Of a DNA stretch of 64,000 nt, positions 1-7,328 are shown piece after piece. How positions within the stretch are numbered: the stretch's first letter is position 1; the number at the start of each line of letters is the position of its first letter. Source of the DNA: Gemmatimonadales bacterium (GTDB lineage: Bacteria > Gemmatimonadota > Gemmatimonadetes > Gemmatimonadales > GWC2-71-9); assembly GCA_036556625.1 (NCBI GenBank), contig DATBJC010000083.1, positions 651-64,650 on the forward strand. The letters are read 5' to 3'. The notes under the pieces were generated by a model. That model did no database searches. It worked only from the letters and a program-made list of their open reading frames with translations, and had not been told where the DNA came from. Both the position numbers and the translations under genes were made by a program.

Positions 1-1
1 T

Positions 2-205
2 GAAGGTCCCGGGCTTCCCGATCCGGGCAATCTGTTCGTGCCCTTCTTCACGACCAAGGCGAGCGGCTCGGGGATCGGACTGGTGCTGAGCCGACAGATC
101 GCCGAGGCGCACGGCGGCGCGCTCACGCTGGAACCGCGGCAAGACCGCCGCGGCGCCCGCGCCTGCCTGCGGCTGCCCACCAATGCATCGTCCCTGACCG
201 CCTAG
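2..205 (+). CDS. sensor histidine kinase, C-terminal fragment (5' end outside window)
   Basis: Frame-2 translation ...[36 protein letters not shown]... matches the G2/ATP-lid of HATPase_c. TAG at 203-205. Confidence 0.8.
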   Translation, partial: EGPGLPDPGNLFVPFFTTKASGSGIGLVLSRQIAEAHGGALTLEPRQDRRGARACLRLPTNASSLTA

Positions 206-276
206 CGTCGCTGCCGAGCGCGCTTTATATCAGGGTTGCCATTCCGGTCCCACCCACCCTCACCGAGGATCGCGCA

Positions 277-723
277 ATGCTCAAGGAATTCAAAGAGTTC
301 GCGATGCGGGGGAACGTCCTCGATCTGGCCGTCGGTATCATCATCGGCGGCGCCTTCGGGACGATCGTCAAGTCGCTGGTGGACGACGTCATCATGCCAC
401 CCATCGGCCTGGCTCTGGGCAACGTGGACTTCTCGGATCTGTTCCTCCTGTTGAAGAGCGGGGCCAAGGCCGCGCCGCCGTATGCAACTCTGGCCGAGGC
501 TCAGCAGGCGGGTGCAGTCACCATCAATTACGGTCTCTTCATCAACAGCGTCATCACCTTTCTCATCGTCGCCTTTGCCGTGTTCCTCCTGGTTCGCACC
601 GCCAACCGGCTGAGGCCTCCCGCGCCGGCTGCAGCACTCTCGACCAAGGACTGCCCCTACTGCCGAATGGCCATTCCGCTGGCGGCGACCCGGTGTCCCC
701 AGTGCACCTCTGAGCTTCGCTAG
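277..723 (+). CDS. mscL: large-conductance mechanosensitive channel MscL with C-terminal CxxC-x10-CxxC extension
   Basis: ATG 277. [28 protein letters not shown]... is the canonical MscL N-terminus/TM1, followed by a second TM ([20 protein letters not shown]). Tail is [18 protein letters not shown]. Confidence 0.9.
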   Translation: MLKEFKEFAMRGNVLDLAVGIIIGGAFGTIVKSLVDDVIMPPIGLALGNVDFSDLFLLLKSGAKAAPPYATLAEAQQAGAVTINYGLFINSVITFLIVAFAVFLLVRTANRLRPPAPAAALSTKDCPYCRMAIPLAATRCPQCTSELR

Positions 724-779
724 AGGTTGAAGGTGCGGCATTCTGCAGCATCGGAGGGCGGCTTTACAGTACAAAGTAC

Positions 780-808
780 TTGCTGACAGAGACCTGATTC
801 TATATACT
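780..808 (+). promoter_or_regulatory. putative sigma-70-type promoter, possibly giving a leaderless mRNA
   Basis: TTGCTG (780-785), 17 nt spacer, TATACT (803-808) in a local AT-rich patch. The -10 ends 6 nt before the ATG at 815. An AGTAC-AA-AGTAC direct repeat (768-779) abuts the -35. Confidence 0.35.
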
Positions 809-814
809 CCAGTC

Positions 815-1423
815 ATGGCGTCTCCCCAGCGCGTCCCCCGGCCAGCGGCCGAGCCCTTGCATGCCCGCGCGATGGACGATCTCTCGTTCATCCGGCGCAC
901 CATGGAGCGGGCCACGGCCTTCACCGCCGTCCCCGGATGGGGCGGCGTCGCGATGGGCGTTACCGCCCTCGTCGCCGCTGCCCTGGCGGAGCGGGGCGCC
1001 ACCCCCGCCGAGTGGATCCTCCCCTGGCTGATGGCGTCAGTGGTGGCACTGCTCATCGGCGGGTGGGCGATGGCCATCAAGGCGCGCCGGGCGGGCACCA
1101 CCGTCTTCTCGTACTCCGGGCGGCGCTTCGTGCTGAGCTTCCTGCCGCCGCTGGCCGTGGGCGCCCTGCTCACCGCGGCGCTCGCCAGGGCCGGGTACCA
1201 CCAGGCCCTGCCGGGAACCTGGCTGCTGCTCTACGGCTCGGGGGTAGTCACCGGCGGCGCCTTCTCGGTCCGCGCCGTCCCCATCATGGGGATCTGCTTC
1301 ATGCTCCTCGGCGTCACCGCGCTGTTCGGGCCGCCCGGGTGGGGCAATGGGCTGATGGCGGCCGGATTCGGCGGCCTGCATCTGGTGTTCGGTCTGCTTA
1401 TTGCCAGGAGGTACGGTGGCTAA
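815..1423 (+). CDS. integral membrane protein, unknown function
   Basis: Several hydrophobic helices (GWGGVAMGVTALVAAALA, LMASVVALLIGGWAMAI, FVLSFLPPLAVGALLTAAL, ICFMLLGVTALF). G/C-rich third positions. The 3' end overlaps the next gene by 8 nt. Confidence 0.65.
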   Translation: MASPQRVPRPAAEPLHARAMDDLSFIRRTMERATAFTAVPGWGGVAMGVTALVAAALAERGATPAEWILPWLMASVVALLIGGWAMAIKARRAGTTVFSYSGRRFVLSFLPPLAVGALLTAALARAGYHQALPGTWLLLYGSGVVTGGAFSVRAVPIMGICFMLLGVTALFGPPGWGNGLMAAGFGGLHLVFGLLIARRYGG

Positions 1424-1802
1424 GTCCAATCTCGCGCCACGCGACCCGCCCGAGGGAGCCGGAACCCACCGGCTCGAGCGGGTCCGCGGAGAGGCGCCTG
1501 GTCACGGTCCGCTGGAGCTGGACCGCCTGATCCATGAACGGATGCGGCTGGCGATCGTGAGCGCGCTCGCCGTGAACGACTCGCTCAGCTTCAACGAGCT
1601 CAAGCGGCTGCTCGATACCACCGATGGCAACCTCAGCGTGCACGCGCGCAAGCTCGAGGATGCGGATTACATCGTGTGCACCAAGTCGTTCGAGGGCAGG
1701 GTGCCGAAGACGGTGTACAAGCTCAGCGCCGCGGGACGGCGGGCCCTGGAGCGCTATCTGGCCCATATGGAGGCGCTGATCCGGGCCACTCGCGAGCGGT
1801 AA
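1416..1802 (+). CDS. winged-helix transcriptional regulator (HTH_34/ArsR-PadR-like)
   Basis: GTG 1416 is preceded by AGGAGG (1406-1411); TTG 1401 from the ORF track is an alternative start. [61 protein letters not shown] fits a wHTH pattern. Confidence 0.8.
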   Translation: MAKSNLAPRDPPEGAGTHRLERVRGEAPGHGPLELDRLIHERMRLAIVSALAVNDSLSFNELKRLLDTTDGNLSVHARKLEDADYIVCTKSFEGRVPKTVYKLSAAGRRALERYLAHMEALIRATRER

Positions 1803-1834
1803 CTCCGCCCCTCTTTTTTTTGGAGATGTGCTTT

Positions 1835-2548
1835 ATGAAGCAAAGCGGTCTGCACGTCGGCATCATCATGGATGGCAACGGCCGATGGGCCACCCGCAGC
1901 GGCCAGCCGCGTTCGCTGGGGCATCGAGAGGGAGCGCGCGTGGTGCGCCGCATCGTCGAGGCCGCGCCCGAGCTGGGCATCGGCGTGCTGACCCTGTATG
2001 CCTTCTCGGCCGACAACTGGCGGCGCCCACCCGCTGAAGTCGCGGTGCTGATGCGGCTGTTCCGCGAATACCTGCGAGCTGAAACCGAGCGCTGCATCGC
2101 CAACGGTGTTCGGCTCGAGGTGATCGGGCGACGCGACCGCGTCGACCATCGGCTGCGGCGTCGGATCGAGGCCAGTGAGCGCGCCACGTCGGAGGGCAGC
2201 AGGCTCCATCTGCGGATCGCCCTGGACTACTCCTCTCGCGATGCGATCCTTCGCGCCGCGCAGTGTCTCCGGCCGGACACAGTGCCGACCCGTGACTCGT
2301 TCACCCGGCTGCTGGCCATCGTGGATCACGGTACGCCGGTGCCCGAGCTGGATCTCCTCATTCGCACTGGAGGCGAGCGCCGGCTCAGCGACTTCCTGCT
2401 CTGGGAAGCGGCTTACGCGGAGCTGGCGTTCGTGGAGCGGATGTGGCCCGACTTCACCGCCGATGATCTGGCCGCGGCGGTGCGAGAGTTCGAGACTCGC
2501 GAGCGACGATATGGCGGGCTTCGCCAGATCGCCGCGGATGCGTCGTGA
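1835..2548 (+). CDS. uppS: undecaprenyl-diphosphate synthase (cis-prenyltransferase)
   Basis: ATG 1835 with GGAG at 1822-1825. Signatures: [47 protein letters not shown]. Confidence 0.92.
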   Translation: MKQSGLHVGIIMDGNGRWATRSGQPRSLGHREGARVVRRIVEAAPELGIGVLTLYAFSADNWRRPPAEVAVLMRLFREYLRAETERCIANGVRLEVIGRRDRVDHRLRRRIEASERATSEGSRLHLRIALDYSSRDAILRAAQCLRPDTVPTRDSFTRLLAIVDHGTPVPELDLLIRTGGERRLSDFLLWEAAYAELAFVERMWPDFTADDLAAAVREFETRERRYGGLRQIAADAS

Positions 2549-2679
2549 CAGTGGGCTGGGGACGGATGCGTGTATCTGTCAGCGAGCGGTGCGTTGGCGA
2601 CAGCGGCCTAGAAGCAACTTCGGGTGATGCTCACAACATGCTCATTTATCAAGACTTACAACTTCAACCCTAAAGTGGC

Positions 2680-4461
2680 TTAGCGCCCCTCGTCGCCGGT
2701 CTGATACACCGTCGTCCCCTGCAGGATCGTCCGCACCACCCGCACTCGGTGAATCTCGTTCGACGCGACCTCGAACAGGTTCTGCTCCAGCACCACCAGA
2801 TCCGCCAGCTTTCCGACCTCGATCGATCCGGTCTCGCGCTCCTGCTGGTTCTGGTAGGCAGCGTTGATGGTGTACAGCGCGATCGCCGTGGGCAGATCCA
2901 CCCGCTCTTGGGGAATCCACGCCCGGGTGCCCGCGGGATCGTCGGGCGAGCGACGGGTCACCGCGGTCTGGATGCCTTCGAGTGGTGCGAGCGAGGACAC
3001 CGACCAGTCGCTTCCGCCTGAGACGAGAGCGCCCGACTTCACCAGGCTCCGGATGGGATAGAGCCAGCGCGAGCGGGCAGGACCCAGCACCGGCTCGGCG
3101 AGCTCGGTGAGGTACTCGTCTCCGTTCGCCCAGAGCGGCTCGAAGTTGGCGATCACGTCGAGGTTGCGGAATCGGGGGATGTCCGCCGGGTCGATCAGCT
3201 GCAGGTGAGTGATGGTGTGGCGCGCGTCTCGAGCACCGTTCAGCGTCCTCGCGTGCTCGAACGCATCGAGCGTCATACGAATCGCGCGGTCGCCGATGGC
3301 GTGGACATGGACCTGCCACTGATCGCGGTCCAGTGCCGCGACCAGACTGTCGAATCTGGGCTGCGCAAAGATGGGCCGGCCCGCATCACCCTTGCGATCG
3401 AGATAGGGCGCCAGCAGCGCCGCGGTCCCCGACTCGATCACGCCGTCCTCGAAGACCTTCGCGGCAATCGGGCGAACCCGTGGTGTCGCGTACCGGGTAC
3501 GCCAGCGGTTCAACCGCTGAACCAGGCTGTCGATGCCCGTGGAGTCGGGCTCGGCGTCCAGGGCCGCGACGATGCGCACGGTGAGGGCATTCGCGCGGTC
3601 CGCCGCACTGTAGGCCCGGAGCTGACGCTCCTGGGCCCAGGCCTCGAACGCGCTGGTGATGCCCACCTCGTTGGCCAGTCGCTGGCTGCGCTCGAGCCCG
3701 GCCTTCAGCTCCGCGTCGGTGCGCTCGGGGAGCAGCCGGGACACCAGGGAGACCGCGCTCTCGCGCAGCGTGCCGCTGGGCTCGCCGGAGCGAGGATCCC
3801 GCTCGATGCGGCCATCCGCGGGATCCGGTGTTTCCCGCGTGATTCCCGCCAGTGCCAGAGCCTTGCTGTTGACCCAGGCCGAGTGGCCATCGGCGGCGTC
3901 GAACATCGCGGGCCGATCGGGGACCAGGCGGTCGAGCAGGAACCTGGAGGGGTTGGCACCGGGAAAGGCGGGTAGCTCCCAGCCGGACCCGCGAACCCAA
4001 GGTGCGCTGGGTCTGGCTGCGGCGCAGGACCGAATCGAGTCACCGATCGCGGCCGCGGTCTCGAGTGCGAACAGGGTGCACTCGCCCAACTCCACACCGC
4101 TCGTCAGCAGGTGCACGTGGCCGTCCTGAAAGCCGGGAAGCACCATCCTGCCGGCGAGGTCCACGATCGCCGTCTCGCTGCCGATCAGCGCGGGAGGGAC
4201 GCTGTCGTCGCCCACGTAGACGATGCGGCCGTCTCGTACCGCTACGGCTGTAGCCCAGGTCCGCGCGGCATCGACGGTGTAGACTGCTCCTCCGCGCACG
4301 AGGAGATCGGCGGGTGCGGTGGACCGGCCGCTTTCGCGGGTGCATGCGGTGAGGGCGATCAGGAGCGCCCGGAGGATCGTCGTCGTCGCGCAGCCTGACC
4401 TGAGCGCGGTCGAAGGGCTCAGGGTGACGCCCCCTCCCTCGGCATCCTTCCTTTTCGACAC
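2680..4461 (-). CDS. amidohydrolase-3 family metal-dependent hydrolase (YtcJ-like), probable lipoprotein
   Basis: GTG start at 4459-4461. LLIALTAC lipobox-like signal. LPGFQDGHVHLL (HxH metal site), HVHAIGDRA, SGGSDW. Confidence 0.85.
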   Translation of the reverse strand: MSKRKDAEGGGVTLSPSTALRSGCATTTILRALLIALTACTRESGRSTAPADLLVRGGAVYTVDAARTWATAVAVRDGRIVYVGDDSVPPALIGSETAIVDLAGRMVLPGFQDGHVHLLTSGVELGECTLFALETAAAIGDSIRSCAAARPSAPWVRGSGWELPAFPGANPSRFLLDRLVPDRPAMFDAADGHSAWVNSKALALAGITRETPDPADGRIERDPRSGEPSGTLRESAVSLVSRLLPERTDAELKAGLERSQRLANEVGITSAFEAWAQERQLRAYSAADRANALTVRIVAALDAEPDSTGIDSLVQRLNRWRTRYATPRVRPIAAKVFEDGVIESGTAALLAPYLDRKGDAGRPIFAQPRFDSLVAALDRDQWQVHVHAIGDRAIRMTLDAFEHARTLNGARDARHTITHLQLIDPADIPRFRNLDVIANFEPLWANGDEYLTELAEPVLGPARSRWLYPIRSLVKSGALVSGGSDWSVSSLAPLEGIQTAVTRRSPDDPAGTRAWIPQERVDLPTAIALYTINAAYQNQQERETGSIEVGKLADLVVLEQNLFEVASNEIHRVRVVRTILQGTTVYQTGDEGR

Positions 4462-6035
4462 TAGCGAGCCGTTCCCGAGTCCGTCGGCACCGGCCGCAGC
4501 ACCAGGTCCTGGAAGTCGAAGCTGAAGTCCACGGCGGGTGAGCTGGGCACCATGCGGAGCTGCGCGATACTGCCGTCGTAGTTGAGCCCGAAGGTCGCAT
4601 ACGCGTCGGCCCGAAGCTCGCGATCACGCCAGCGAACCAGAAACGTGTCATGCTGCCAGTGCCTCATGTCGCCCACCAGCGACGGGGTGTGGCCGAAGCG
4701 GATCACCAGGCCTTTGCCATCCAGTGAAATCGCGACGTCGCCATACCACGGATCCCGATAGCGCCCTGCGTACTTGGCCAGCGGCAGAGAGGGACCCGAG
4801 GTCGAGTCGCGGCTCGCGGTGGCCCGCTGTTCCAAGGCCTGAAGCTCGGCCCGGCCTTTCTCGACCATTTGCCGGTAGCGCATCGGGTAGTCCGGAGCCT
4901 TGGCACCGAGGTAGTGGTCGAGCACGTGATGGACGATGGACTCGAACGCGGCACCCGACTCCTGGTTGGTGAGTACCGCGACACCGAGCCGGAGCTCGGG
5001 AATCATCGCCACCTTCGACAGATAGCCGGGCAGACCGCCGGTGTGTTGCAGCAGAATGCGGCCGCGATAGTCCCTGACGTTGAGGCCGAGCGCGTACCCC
5101 GCCATGCGCGGTCGCAGATGGGGTAGTCCGGCCGGGGGAGTACCGATGGGCATCGGGGTGACCTCGCGCCAGAGCTGCATGGTTGTGGCAGGGGAGAAGA
5201 GCGGTTCGCCACCGGCCACCTTGCCCGAGTCGAGCTGCACGATCATCCACTTCGCCATGTCCACCGCGCTCGACATGATCCCGCCGGCAGGATTGGTGTT
5301 GTCGCTCAGGAACGGCGCGATCGGGCGGACCGTGCCTTCCACCTCGGCGTGGGTCCCTGCGACATTGCCGGCGCCTCCCGCTCCGGAGTGCAGCACGTCG
5401 CTCTCCGTCATCCCGACCTTCCGGAGGATCCGGCTCCGGACGAACTCCTCCCAGGTCTGTCCCGAGACGGCCTCGATCACCTCCCCCGCCACGAGGTACA
5501 GCACATTGTCGTAGGCATACGCGCTCCGGAACGAGGTCGCCGGCGGAATGAACCGGAGCCGGCGCGCGATCTCTTTTCGATCGTAGGTGGAAGGGGGCCA
5601 CCAGAGCAGATCGCCGGCGCCCAGCCCCAGCCCGCTCCGGTGCACCAGGAGGTCGCGAACGCTCAGCTCGCGGGTGACGTACGGATCGTACATGGTGAAC
5701 CACGGCAGATAGCGGATCACCGGTGCGTCCCACTCCAGCCTTCCTTCCTCGACCAGGAGGCCGAGCGCGGTCGCGGTGAAGAGCTTGGTATTGGACGCGA
5801 TCCCGAAGCGGGTGCGCTCGTCCACCGGCGCCGGCTGTTCCAGCCGGCGAACGCCGTAGCCCTTGGCCGACACGACCCTGCCGTCTTTCACGATCGCCAC
5901 CGAGAGCCCGGGAACGGTGAACGTCTCCAGCACCCGGCTCACGTAGCGGTCCAGGTTCGCCGGAGCCTTCTGAGCCACGGTGGGCACAGCGCAGAGCACG
6001 GACGGGAGAAAGCTGAGCGTGAGGGTCAGTCGCAT
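4461..6035 (-). CDS. serine hydrolase, beta-lactamase/PBP4*-like family
   Basis: Likely start is ATG 6035 (MRLTLTLSFLPSVLCAVPTVAQ signal); the ORF track extends to 6071. SxxK motif (ASNTK) and YxN (YAYDN). Confidence 0.85.
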   Translation of the reverse strand: MRLTLTLSFLPSVLCAVPTVAQKAPANLDRYVSRVLETFTVPGLSVAIVKDGRVVSAKGYGVRRLEQPAPVDERTRFGIASNTKLFTATALGLLVEEGRLEWDAPVIRYLPWFTMYDPYVTRELSVRDLLVHRSGLGLGAGDLLWWPPSTYDRKEIARRLRFIPPATSFRSAYAYDNVLYLVAGEVIEAVSGQTWEEFVRSRILRKVGMTESDVLHSGAGGAGNVAGTHAEVEGTVRPIAPFLSDNTNPAGGIMSSAVDMAKWMIVQLDSGKVAGGEPLFSPATTMQLWREVTPMPIGTPPAGLPHLRPRMAGYALGLNVRDYRGRILLQHTGGLPGYLSKVAMIPELRLGVAVLTNQESGAAFESIVHHVLDHYLGAKAPDYPMRYRQMVEKGRAELQALEQRATASRDSTSGPSLPLAKYAGRYRDPWYGDVAISLDGKGLVIRFGHTPSLVGDMRHWQHDTFLVRWRDRELRADAYATFGLNYDGSIAQLRMVPSSPAVDFSFDFQDLVLRPVPTDSGTAR

Positions 6036-6158
6036 GGGTCGAGTCGCCGGCTGGGGGATCAGGGACCCCAAATGTCACCTCTTGTTTCCTGCTTGACCAC
6101 TCCGTCCTAAATCGAATCCGGTCTCTGGATCCCTATTCCTCATCCGCCGGAGGGCCCG

Positions 6159-7241
6159 ATGCGGAACGCCGTTCGCCTTCTCGCCGCTTTGGCCGTGCTG
6201 GTCACGGCCTGCTCCGACCAGACTTCCGACCCCGATGCCATCCTGGGCCCCGGTCCGGAGCCGACCGCGAACGACCGCGGGCGCTCGGAGGTCGTCGCGT
6301 TGACCCGCAACCTGTACGTCGGCACCGACGTGGATGCGGTGATCGGCGCGCTGCAGACGCCCGATCCCGCGGACGACTTCCCCGCGCTTGTCACCGCGAT
6401 CGAGACCCTGGGCCGTACCGACTTCCCTAGCCGCGCCGCCGCCATTGCCGGTGAGATCGCCCGTGCCCGCCCCCACGTCGTCGGTCTCCAGGAAGTCTCC
6501 CAAGTCGACGTGGTGCTCCCACCGCTCGGCGTGGCGATCCATCTCGACTTCCTGCCAACCCTATTGTCGGAGCTGGCAGCTCGCGGGCTGCACTACGTGG
6601 TGGCGTCGCGGGTCAAGAACATCGAGGCCCAGCCCCTCCCCGGAGTGAGCCTGGTGGACTTCGATGTGATGCTGGTGGACCGGCGCCGGGTGAGGGTTCT
6701 CGAGACCGGCAGCGGCACCTTCGCGACCAATCTGGGAGCAGTGGCGCCCGGCGTGGTGCTCCGCCGAGGGTGGGTCGCTGCCAAGGCCACCGTGGACGGC
6801 GAGACGTACACCTTTGCCAGTACCCACCTCGAGTCGGGGCAGCTTGCCGGGCTGGATCAAATCCGCGCCGCCCAGGCGGGAGAGCTGATTCAACTTCTCT
6901 CCGGGGCCCGCCGGGTCGTCCTGATGGGCGACTTGAACGACGTGCCGGGCTCGCCCATGTACCAGGCGCTGCTCGCCGGAGGATACCTGGACGCCTGGAC
7001 CGGATTCCGGCCCCGAGCGGCGGGGCTTACCTGCTGTCACGCCCCCGATCTCTCCAATTCGGTTCAGCAGTTCGATGAGCGTATCGACTACGTGTTCCTG
7101 CGCTTGCCCCGTCGCCACGGAGACCTGAGCTGGCGAATCCGCCTGATCGGCGACGACCTGTCGGACCGGATCAGCGGGCCCGCCGGCCTGATCTGGCCCT
7201 CGGATCACGCCGGACTGCTGCTCCGGCTGGACGCCCGGTAG
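6159..7241 (+). CDS. endonuclease/exonuclease/phosphatase (EEP) family lipoprotein
   Basis: Lipobox LVTAC. Motif set VVGLQEV, STHLES, LMGDLND, IDYVF, WPSDHAG. Confidence 0.85.
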   Translation: MRNAVRLLAALAVLVTACSDQTSDPDAILGPGPEPTANDRGRSEVVALTRNLYVGTDVDAVIGALQTPDPADDFPALVTAIETLGRTDFPSRAAAIAGEIARARPHVVGLQEVSQVDVVLPPLGVAIHLDFLPTLLSELAARGLHYVVASRVKNIEAQPLPGVSLVDFDVMLVDRRRVRVLETGSGTFATNLGAVAPGVVLRRGWVAAKATVDGETYTFASTHLESGQLAGLDQIRAAQAGELIQLLSGARRVVLMGDLNDVPGSPMYQALLAGGYLDAWTGFRPRAAGLTCCHAPDLSNSVQQFDERIDYVFLRLPRRHGDLSWRIRLIGDDLSDRISGPAGLIWPSDHAGLLLRLDAR

Positions 7242-7328
7242 GGAGGAAGCCGAAATGGCAACCGGGGTATATGTTATGAGTGATCAGCTCGCACTTCCGA
7301 CCACCCCCACAGGGGGCCATCCCGGCAG

